DNA from: Deltaproteobacteria bacterium TL4
GTDB taxonomy: Bacteria > SAR324 > NAC60-12
Direction of reading: 5' to 3'
Length of the DNA: 26,062 nt
Assembly: GCA_051382335.1 (NCBI GenBank)
Contig: JBBCAX010000359.1
Coordinates: forward strand, 1-26,062
Positions 16,671-23,869 of the stretch are shown one piece after another. Every line of letters begins with the position of its first letter. Position 1 is the stretch's first letter. Position numbers and translations under genes: made by a program. The notes under the pieces were generated by a model. That model searched no databases. It was not told the DNA's origin and worked only from the letters and a program-made list of their open reading frames with translations.

Positions 16671-18863
16671 ATGAAAAGCAGGATGAATGGAATGTTGAGA
16701 ATATTACTGTTGGGGGTGACTTCATTGATTTTTATCAGTTGCGGTACGCCTGAAGAGGGAAAAGATTCTATTGCCTCAGTCATTGACGGAAAAAAGGCGG
16801 CGACTGATGGCGAGGTTTTGTATCAGCAGTATTGTGCCTCCTGTCACCATGAATTGTCGAACACCAATAAGCCTAATCGAACTGCGGAAGGCATTCAAAA
16901 AGCCATTGAGGACAATGCCGGGAACGAACACGATGGATATATGGGAGACCTGAAGGGGCTTATTGGGAACTCAGGCGTAGTGAGTATGAAACTCGAAAAA
17001 ATAAAGTCTGCTTTGTTGAGAGAAGAGAGCCTTTCTGATGGAGATACACTTTATGCGGACTACTGTGCTGGCTGTCATGGCGCGCTTTCAAACAGCAAAA
17101 AAACCAGAAGAACGGCAGAGAGTATCCGGTATGCCAATCAGCAGGTAGCGGACATGAACTTTTTAAGTAATGTCCTTTCTCCAGCGGCACTTGACGCCAT
17201 CGGAAGTTCGCTGGCCTCCGCTCCGCTCCCTACCATTGCGGATTCGGATGGTGGCGTGCTATACACGGAGTATTGCTCAGGGTGTCATGGTCCTCTGGCC
17301 CAAACGGCAAAAGCACAGCGTCCGATTGCGAGTATCATTTACGCCAATCAAAACATTAAAGAAATGTCCTTTCTGAATGCGGTTCTTTCCGCGGAAGCGG
17401 TTAATTCCTTAGGTATTTCGCTGGCGGCCGTTACACCCTCCATTGCTGAGACCGATGGCACCGCGTTATACAGCTATTATTGTGCAGGATGTCACGGATC
17501 CTTGTCCAGTACAACCAAAGCACTGAGGAGTGTTGCCAGCCTTCAGTCTGCCAACCAGAACGTTGACGCCATGAAGTTTCTCACGCCTTTGCTATCCCCA
17601 ACCGCTTTGGGTAGTGTGGTTACTTCTCTGGCGACGATTACCCCCTCTTTTCCTGAGACGGATGGAGCGGGTCTTTACCGTTATTATTGCGCTGGATGTC
17701 ACGGGACTTTGTCTGTAAGCTCCAAAGCTAAGAGAAATTCCGCTAGTATCCTGTATGCCAGTGATAAAATTGAGGCGATGAAATTTCTCTTTCCGTTACT
17801 GTCTGCTACTGCGCTGTCAGCAATCGGAACCTCTTTGGACGGTGTGACTCCTCCTGATATCGCAAATTCGGATGGTGCCGCCATTTATAAATCCTACTGT
17901 TCCGGATGTCATGGTGCGTTAACTAACAGTACGAAAGCCAAAAGGAATAGCAACAGCGTTCAGTACGCAAATCAAAAAGTGGCCGCTATGGCGTTTTTGC
18001 AACCGCTACTTTCAACGGGAGACACCACTAAAGTTGCCGCAGAACTTGCTGGCGTTACGCTTTCAAGTGTCAGCGAGTCTGATGGTCCAGCCCTTTATCA
18101 GTCCTATTGTTCCGGATGTCACGGGGAACTGGCGAATACTGCTAAAGTTCAAAGAAGCGTTGCCAGCATTCAATACGCGAATGAAAAGGTCGGTGCAATG
18201 ACGTTTTTGAGCGATGTTAAAGTCCTGTCTTCGAACGCCATCAGCTCGATTGCGGCAACTCTTGGCACGATCAGTGCGCCAAACATCACTGCTGGAGATT
18301 CGCTTTACAGTGCGTATTGCGCCGGATGCCATGGAACATTGGCAACCAGTACGAAAGCTAAACGGAGTGCTGAAAGTATCTCTTACGCGAAGACAGAAAT
18401 TGAAGCTATGAAATTTCTCAGTTCTCTATTGTCATCCAATGCGTTAGCGGCCCTGGAAACCTCGCTTTCCACGACGACACTGCCCAGTATTTCTGAAACC
18501 GAGGGCACGGTTCTCTATGCTTACTATTGCTTAGGATGTCATAATGCTTCGGCCAAAGCCAGAAGAACGAAAGCTTCTATCGATTATGCTACCCTGGGAA
18601 TCAATGCCATGAATTTCCTCAGTCCCCTTCTTTCTTCCAAGTCAGTAACCGCAATAGCCGATTCCTTGGCAAATATGGCTCCCCCAACCATTGCGGATAC
18701 CGATGGTGTCGGCCTTTACGCTTATTATTGCTCAGGCTGCCATAGCGATACAATGATCGGCGTAACGGCAAAAGAAATTCAAAGTGCAATATCCATCAAC
18801 GCCATGCGATTCCTTAATACGCTTTCCACCACCCAAGTGAATGCGATTGCGGGCCTTCCATAA
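16671..18863 (+). CDS. Lipoprotein with ten tandem class I (His/Met) monoheme cytochrome c domains, PgcA-like
   Basis: Lipobox IFIS/CG; ten repeats of about 70 aa, DG..LY..YC.GCH...K..R...SI.YA.....M.FL..LS......I...L. The start could be 16671, 16683 or 16692. Confidence 0.9.
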   Translation: MKSRMNGMLRILLLGVTSLIFISCGTPEEGKDSIASVIDGKKAATDGEVLYQQYCASCHHELSNTNKPNRTAEGIQKAIEDNAGNEHDGYMGDLKGLIGNSGVVSMKLEKIKSALLREESLSDGDTLYADYCAGCHGALSNSKKTRRTAESIRYANQQVADMNFLSNVLSPAALDAIGSSLASAPLPTIADSDGGVLYTEYCSGCHGPLAQTAKAQRPIASIIYANQNIKEMSFLNAVLSAEAVNSLGISLAAVTPSIAETDGTALYSYYCAGCHGSLSSTTKALRSVASLQSANQNVDAMKFLTPLLSPTALGSVVTSLATITPSFPETDGAGLYRYYCAGCHGTLSVSSKAKRNSASILYASDKIEAMKFLFPLLSATALSAIGTSLDGVTPPDIANSDGAAIYKSYCSGCHGALTNSTKAKRNSNSVQYANQKVAAMAFLQPLLSTGDTTKVAAELAGVTLSSVSESDGPALYQSYCSGCHGELANTAKVQRSVASIQYANEKVGAMTFLSDVKVLSSNAISSIAATLGTISAPNITAGDSLYSAYCAGCHGTLATSTKAKRSAESISYAKTEIEAMKFLSSLLSSNALAALETSLSTTTLPSISETEGTVLYAYYCLGCHNASAKARRTKASIDYATLGINAMNFLSPLLSSKSVTAIADSLANMAPPTIADTDGVGLYAYYCSGCHSDTMIGVTAKEIQSAISINAMRFLNTLSTTQVNAIAGLP

Positions 18864-18870
18864 AGTCAAA

Positions 18871-18894
18871 TCCCGGCTACTCACTCAGCCGGGA
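18871..18894 (+). terminator. Stem-loop after the lipoprotein gene
   Basis: TCCCGGCT-8 nt-AGCCGGGA, 7 bp after the stop; no U-tract on +. Confidence 0.35.
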
Positions 18895-18989
18895 AATCTC
18901 AGAAAATAGTTGTAGATCTGGAGTACCAAAGCTTGCTTTAGCCAAATGTCTGTAGGATTGTCAGTGCTTGTTTGGACCAAAATTTTGAG

Positions 18990-19028
18990 TTGAAAAACCT
19001 GTCCGGAAAGTATACGTTAGACATATAC
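18990..19028 (+). promoter_or_regulatory. brnTA promoter with an overlapping inverted repeat
   Basis: TTGAAA-17-TACGTT; GTATA-N9-TATAC (19010-19028) spans the -10, as expected for an antitoxin operator. Confidence 0.5.
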
Positions 19029-19050
19029 ACGCTGCTGAGAATAGAGGGAT

Positions 19051-19335
19051 ATGTTTACAGAATGTGACAGTTTTGATTGGGATGTTGGTAATTTAGAAAA
19101 AAACTGGATAAAACACAAAGTTTTCAAAAGTGAATGTGAACAAATATTTTTTAATATCCCATTGGTACTGTTAGAGGATGATGAGCATTCCATTGAAGAA
19201 AAACGTTATGTGGCATTATCCCAAACAGATGCGGGACGTCTACTCACAGTCATATTTACTATAAGGAAACATAAAATCCGCGTTATATCCGCAAGCGACA
19301 TGAGTCAAAAAGAAAGAAGGTTTTATGCCAAATAA
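19051..19335 (+). CDS. brnT: BrnT-family toxin
   Basis: FDWD.GN..KN..KH.V...E.E..F, H...E.R, L.VIFT.R...IRVISA; the usual SAR motif reads SAS here. Confidence 0.9.
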   Translation: MFTECDSFDWDVGNLEKNWIKHKVFKSECEQIFFNIPLVLLEDDEHSIEEKRYVALSQTDAGRLLTVIFTIRKHKIRVISASDMSQKERRFYAK

Positions 19336-19597
19336 AATACCTGAGTTCAAGAATGAGGATGAAGAACACGAGTTTTGGATAAATCACGATGTCACTGATT
19401 ATTTTGACATAAGCACAGCAAAACGAGTTAGCTTTTCAAAGCTAAAACCCTCCACAAAAACAATCTCAATTCGCTTGCCAGAGACGATGCTGGATTCTTT
19501 ACGTCTATTAGCCAATAAAAGGGATATCCCCTATCAGTCACTGATCAAAACCTTTTTGCAAGAACAAATTGATAAGAATTTTGAAAAAATTTCGTAG
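19325..19597 (+). CDS. brnA: BrnA/CopG-like antitoxin
   Basis: IPEFKNE.EE.EFW..HD..DYFD; RHH-like TISIRLP...L..L...A.KRDIPYQSLIK; overlaps the toxin gene. Confidence 0.88.
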   Translation: MPNKIPEFKNEDEEHEFWINHDVTDYFDISTAKRVSFSKLKPSTKTISIRLPETMLDSLRLLANKRDIPYQSLIKTFLQEQIDKNFEKIS

Positions 19598-19610
19598 AAC
19601 GAGACACGTA

Positions 19611-19711
19611 TAGTGCTCAAGATAAGTTTTGTCCTGGGAGCGAGGGCGTCCCGCCCTCCGGTGAGGGCAAGATGCCCTCGCTCCCAGGGAAAAAACTTTC
19701 CTGAACAGCTA
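19611..19711. mobile_element. MITE-like element (IS630-like, TA-flanked) with a REP doublet, copy 2
   Basis: TA|TAGTGCTCAAGATAAGTTTT...AAAACTTTCCTGAACAGCTA|TA; internal CTGGGAGCGAGGGC gtccc GCCCTC cggt GAGGGC aagat GCCCTCGCTCCCAG. Confidence 0.75.
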
Positions 19712-19957
19712 TAATAAAAAAATCAAGAAGGATTGGACGGATGCGGTTTTTTTTACTTGTGTTTTGTTCTGCTGCGAGTAAAGAGTTACCCTCTCCCAAC
19801 GTCTCCGGGAAAAGGTATCAGGAATAGGACATCAAGCCTTAAGACGGGAATTTTGATGGGTGCCGCTTCGCTAACCCCTCCTGCCAACCCCTCCTCGGAC
19901 GGCTCCTGGAGCAAAAACGACTTTTCGTGAATTCTGTGCATGTTGCATCAGTAATTG

Positions 19958-20115
19958 GGGGTTGGTCACATTTTCGGCCATGTGTCAAAAAACGGTCTTT
20001 GCTTTACCACCTGGTTTGGGTTTTGTTCTGTAGGCAGACCTGAGTGTCTGCCCGGGATCAGCGCGAACACACAGGTTCGCCCCTATAATTTGTGGCCGAA
20101 AATGTGACCAACCCC
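19958..20115. mobile_element. 158-bp MITE with perfect 23-bp TIRs and an 8-bp target duplication, carrying a GTAG-type REP pair
   Basis: TIR GGGGTTGGTCACATTTTCGGCCA (19958-19980 / 20093-20115); TSD AGTAATTG (19950-19957, 20116-20123); internal GTAGGCAGACctgagtGTCTGCCC and GCGAACacacagGTTCGCCCCTAT. Confidence 0.9.
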
Positions 20116-20152
20116 AGTAATTGAAAGAAAACCCTTTTGAAAATATAGAGTT

Positions 20153-20824
20153 ATGAAAATTTTTAAATTTTTCAGCAGGCTGAGGTTAGTGCTCATAGTG
20201 GCCTTGCTTCTTTTTGGGGGAGTGCCATTGATGGCCGATGAGGATGCGGATGAAGACAGTAAAGCGCCTCCGGTTCCCATGGAACAGATCCTTTCCTATG
20301 AAGAACAGGTGCCTGCTTTTAGGGTGAAAACCCGTAAAGAAAATTTGGAGGCCTATCCCTGCTCTGACTGTCATTTGGATGAAAAACCGAATCCGAAAGA
20401 GCGGGAGCTCAAAGAAGAACATGCAGATCTCAAACTGAAGCACGGAGAAGGGCGTTTTTGGTGTCTGACTTGCCATCATGAAACGGAAAGGAATTATTTA
20501 CGTTCCATGAAAAACAACCTTATTGATTTTGACCGACCTGATCGTTTATGCGGACAGTGTCATTTTCAACGTCAAAAGGATTGGCTCTTTGGGGGACATG
20601 GGAAGCGCTTTGGTACTTGGGAAGGTGTCCGTCAAATGTATTTGTGTACGGAATGTCATAATCCCCATGATCCTACGATCAAACCGCAGCCGCCCAATCC
20701 TCCTCCCCAGCCCAGAAAAGGGTTGCTTAGGCCGCCGAGCGCACATCCCTCCCATCATCTGGGTCACAGAGTATGGGAACGACAACAAATGCATCAGAGC
20801 AAGGAGGAATCCCATGGAAAATAA
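20153..20824 (+). CDS. Tetraheme cytochrome c subunit, module 2 (paralog of 9993-10739)
   Basis: Signal peptide; CSDCH, RFWCLTCH, CGQCH.QRQKDW..GGHGKR, CTECHNPH. Confidence 0.88.
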   Translation: MKIFKFFSRLRLVLIVALLLFGGVPLMADEDADEDSKAPPVPMEQILSYEEQVPAFRVKTRKENLEAYPCSDCHLDEKPNPKERELKEEHADLKLKHGEGRFWCLTCHHETERNYLRSMKNNLIDFDRPDRLCGQCHFQRQKDWLFGGHGKRFGTWEGVRQMYLCTECHNPHDPTIKPQPPNPPPQPRKGLLRPPSAHPSHHLGHRVWERQQMHQSKEESHGK

Positions 20825-21767
20825 ACCAGAGTTTCCAATAATCTCACCGGAGCTGACAAGGCGAGATCTGCTCAAAAAAGCAGGTGTTGTGAGCGCAACA
20901 GTCGCTACGGCCACCGTCGCAGGTACCGTTGTCGCCGGAGACGAAATGGAAAAGGGCCAGACGTTCAGTGAAACTGTCGCCGATTTTTTCCAAAAACATT
21001 ACAAAAGAATGACCCCAGAGGAGGTTGAAGAAGCCATCGCCCGTTTGGAAAACCAATATAAACGCAAATATGGAGTAGCTGTGAAGGTGGGAAATACGCC
21101 TCCTTTGGAGGGGGTCTTGTTTGGTTATGCCCTCAATCTCTCCAAGTGTAAAGGCCTTCGTAAATGTGTGGATGCCTGTGTCGCTGAAAACAATCAGAAT
21201 CGTGATTCCCAAATTCAATACATACGGGTACTCGAAATCGAGAAAGGCAGCATCAACATAGAAGAGGCGAATCACTATTACGATCCGGAAACCGTGCCTC
21301 AGGAGGATAAATTTTATCTACCAGTGCAGTGTCACCAATGCGAGGATGCCCCTTGTGTCAAGGCCTGTCCTACGAAGGCAACCTGGAAAGAGCCGGACGG
21401 GATCATTGTGGTTGATTACAACTGGTGTATTGGCTGTCGCTATTGCATGACCGCGTGCCCTTACTGGTCTCGTCGTTTTAACTGGAATGATCCGAAAATT
21501 CCGCAAAATGAACTTAATCCTGATACGCATTACCTGAGCAATCGCCCCCGGTTCAAGGGTGTTGTCGAAAAATGCACCTTTTGTCTCCAGAGAACACGTC
21601 AAGGCAGACTCCCGGCTTGTCATGAAGCGTGTCCTACAGGAGCCCGTGTTTTTGGTAATCTCCTGGATCCTGATAGTGATATACGTTACATTCTGAAGAA
21701 CAAAACGGTTTTCCGCTTGAAGGAAGACTTGAAAACAGATCCCAAATTTTGGTATTACACCGATTAA
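20814..21767 (+). CDS. Tat-exported iron-sulfur subunit NrfC/DsrO/CbcT-like, module 2
   Basis: Start at ATG 20814 (RBS AAGGAGG); TRRDLLK; CKGLRKCVDAC, CHQCEDAPCVKACP, CIGCRYCMTACP, KCTFC...PACHEACP; same PKFWYYTD C-terminus as module 1. Confidence 0.92.
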   Translation: MENKPEFPIISPELTRRDLLKKAGVVSATVATATVAGTVVAGDEMEKGQTFSETVADFFQKHYKRMTPEEVEEAIARLENQYKRKYGVAVKVGNTPPLEGVLFGYALNLSKCKGLRKCVDACVAENNQNRDSQIQYIRVLEIEKGSINIEEANHYYDPETVPQEDKFYLPVQCHQCEDAPCVKACPTKATWKEPDGIIVVDYNWCIGCRYCMTACPYWSRRFNWNDPKIPQNELNPDTHYLSNRPRFKGVVEKCTFCLQRTRQGRLPACHEACPTGARVFGNLLDPDSDIRYILKNKTVFRLKEDLKTDPKFWYYTD

Positions 21768-21884
21768 TCGTTGTTAGCGGTCATAAACATAATGTACTGA
21801 CGCGGGAGGGCCTTCCCGCAAAATAATCATCCCACTTTGGGTGGGTAGAGGACCAACCGAAACAGGTACCTCCGGAGGAAAACC

Positions 21885-23093
21885 ATGATAAAATTTTTTA
21901 GTTTTTTAATTGCTGTGATTCGAGAGTTCTTCAGTGGCAGCAAGTTGTTTTACGCCTGGATGACGGTTCTGACAGGCATTGTCCTGACAGGAGCGTGGTG
22001 TTATCGTTTGCAGCTCGAACAGGGATTGATCGTCACCGGAATGAGTGATCAGGTTTCATGGGGGATTTATATCGCGAATTTTGTTTTTCTGGTGGGCGTG
22101 GCCGCGGCGGCTGTGATGCTGGTGATTCCTTCCTATATCTTCCATGATCACCAACTCAAGCACGTTGTACTGCTGGCGGAAATGTTGGCCATTGCGGCTT
22201 GTATCATGTGCATGTTGTTTGTGACGGTGGATTTGGGACGGCCTGATCGGTTTTGGCATTTGATTCCTTACATGGGAGAATTTAATTTCCCGCTCTCCAT
22301 GCTGGCTTGGGATGTTGTGGTGCTGAGCGGCTATCTGGTTCTCAATATAGCCATTCCTTTTTACATTTTGTTCAGCAAATATAGAGGAAAGGAACCCAAT
22401 CTCCGTGTGTATTTTCCGTTTGTGGTGCTTTCGATTCTCTGGGCTATTTCCATCCATACGGTTACCGCCTTTCTGCTGACTTCCAATGTCGCTCGTCCTT
22501 TTTGGCATACCGCCATTTTGGGACCGCGTTTTTTGGCTTCCGCTTTCAGTGCGGGACCTGCTTTTTTTCTGCTGACCTTGCAAGTCATCAAGAAAAAAAC
22601 AACCTTTCCTGTGTCCCCGGTCGTGATCAGTCGGATCGCTATTATCGCTACAGTCGCTTTGCAAATTAATTTATTTTTGCTGTTAGCGGAAGTATTTACA
22701 GAATTTTATCATCAAACCGAACATGTTTCCTCCGCGAGTTATCTCTTCTTCGGAATGGCTGAAATGAAAGCGTTGGTTCCCTGGATTTGGAGCGCGATTG
22801 CCATGAACGTGACGGCTGTCTCTATTTTGACGATTCATTCTTTGCGAAACAATTCCTTCCTCTTGACGATTGCCTGCATTTTGATGGTGTTTGGTGTTTG
22901 GATTGAAAAGGGAATGGGGTTGATTATTCCGGGATTCATTCCCACCCCTTTAGGCGAATACTTTGAATACTCCCCTACCTGGATAGAGATCGGGGTCTCC
23001 CTCGGCGTTTGGGCTATTGGCCTGATCCTCTACACCGCCCTCGCTAAAACGACAATCGCCATTGAACAGGGAAAAATACGCATGAAACCGTAA
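21885..23093 (+). CDS. nrfD: NrfD/PsrC-family membrane subunit (DsrP/CbcU-like), module 2
   Basis: TGMSDQVSWGIYIANF, DLGRPDRFWH, SIHTVTAFL, GPRFLASAF, WIEKGMGLIIPGF; RBS GGAGG. The symbol is family-level only. Confidence 0.9.
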   Translation: MIKFFSFLIAVIREFFSGSKLFYAWMTVLTGIVLTGAWCYRLQLEQGLIVTGMSDQVSWGIYIANFVFLVGVAAAAVMLVIPSYIFHDHQLKHVVLLAEMLAIAACIMCMLFVTVDLGRPDRFWHLIPYMGEFNFPLSMLAWDVVVLSGYLVLNIAIPFYILFSKYRGKEPNLRVYFPFVVLSILWAISIHTVTAFLLTSNVARPFWHTAILGPRFLASAFSAGPAFFLLTLQVIKKKTTFPVSPVVISRIAIIATVALQINLFLLLAEVFTEFYHQTEHVSSASYLFFGMAEMKALVPWIWSAIAMNVTAVSILTIHSLRNNSFLLTIACILMVFGVWIEKGMGLIIPGFIPTPLGEYFEYSPTWIEIGVSLGVWAIGLILYTALAKTTIAIEQGKIRMKP

Positions 23094-23228
23094 AAACCCA
23101 TTTAACCTTAAGGATTGTTCGGGAAATCGCTGGTGGTTGTCTTAAAACTCATAGGGTGGGTTAGACGCCCCCAGTGAAGTTGTACCCCACTCATAGAATC
23201 CTTCCCCCTCTCCTAATCTCCCTCCCCA

Positions 23229-23263
23229 TTTTTTTATTGCTCTTGTTGTTACCTTTGATATAA
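23229..23263 (+). repeat. Direct repeat of the promoter segment at 25463-25497
   Basis: TTTTTTtATTGCTCTTGtTGTTACCTTTGATATAA versus TTTTTTcATTGCTCTTGcTGTTACCTTTGATATAA (33/35). Confidence 0.85.
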
Positions 23264-23410
23264 CACAGGGTCTTAACACACTGGTTACCCACATAAAGCG
23301 GGACAAAATAGTAGGATGGGCTTTCCCATTGCAACTGCCAACGTCGTAAATGATGGGCAAGCCCATCCTACCCGCTAACCTGTTGATTTTAAAGTTGTCC
23401 CAGCTTAAGT

Positions 23411-23838
23411 CATATCGTTATACATAAGTTTTTGTCAGGCATCTTTTGTCCCGGAGGGACATCTGAAAATAGCCCAGCGATTCATCGCTGGGAACAAGAT
23501 TATAACAAATTTCAGTCCCGTAGGGACGGCTGAAATCCAAGATTCCCGCTAATTTCAGCCGTCCCTACGGGACTAGAGGGTTTGTAGTTTTCATTTTCCC
23601 AGCGATGAATCGCTGGGCTATTTCCGTACGTCCTTTCAGGACTGATAAAATCTGTGCTGGCAGACTTATGTATAACGATAGGCTACCTGCTTAAGCTGGG
23701 ACAAATGTAGGGTGTGTTAGTGAGCTTGCGAACGTAACGCACCAGAACAATGCTATGTTTATTGGTGCGTTACGCCTTGCGGCTAACACACCCTACATGA
23801 AATGTTGTCCCGCCTTAAGTGCGTAGCCTAACGATATG
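23411..23838. mobile_element. MITE B (CATATC ends, 9-bp TSD, IS4-like) with a four-hairpin palindromic cargo
   Basis: TIR CATATCGTTATACATAAGT / ACTTATGTATAACGATA(TG); TSD AGCTTAAGT (23402-23410, 23839-23847); cargo AATAGCCCAGCGATTCATCGCTGGGAA and AGTCCCGTAGGGACGGCTGAAAT, each present with its reverse complement. Confidence 0.88.
23681..23828. mobile_element. MITE C (GGCTAC ends, 8-bp TSD, IS1595-like) with a GTAGGGTGTGTTAG REP pair
   Basis: GGCTACCTGCTTAAGCTGGGACAA / TTGTCCCGCCTTAAGTGCGTAGCC; TSD TAACGATA (23673-23680, 23829-23836). Confidence 0.9.
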
Positions 23839-23869
23839 AGCTTAAGTGGGTAGCCAAGAAGAGAATTAA

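Larger units (their letters stand above)
23283..23855. mobile_element. Outer MITE A (GGCTAC-type ends, IS1595-like) with a GTAGGATGGGC REP pair; right TIR split by element B
   Basis: Left end GGTTACCCACATAAAGCGGGACAA; reconstructed right end TTGTCCCAGCTTAAGTGGGTAGCC; REP arms at 23311-23330 and 23351-23371. No TSD visible. Confidence 0.75.

Noticed and set aside
20523..20813. Long N-terminal ORF-track extensions (also 9067, 10736, 25407)
   Set aside because: They overlap upstream genes or promoters, and downstream ATGs have strong RBSs followed by signal or family motifs.
21802..21846. Terminator between the module 2 FeS and NrfD genes
   Set aside because: Hairpins are present (GCGGGAGG/CTTCCCGC) but there is no U-tract on +, so the function is unsupported.
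23283..23855. CRISPR array
   Set aside because: The repeats are inverted and nested, not regularly spaced direct repeats, and there are no cas genes in the window.
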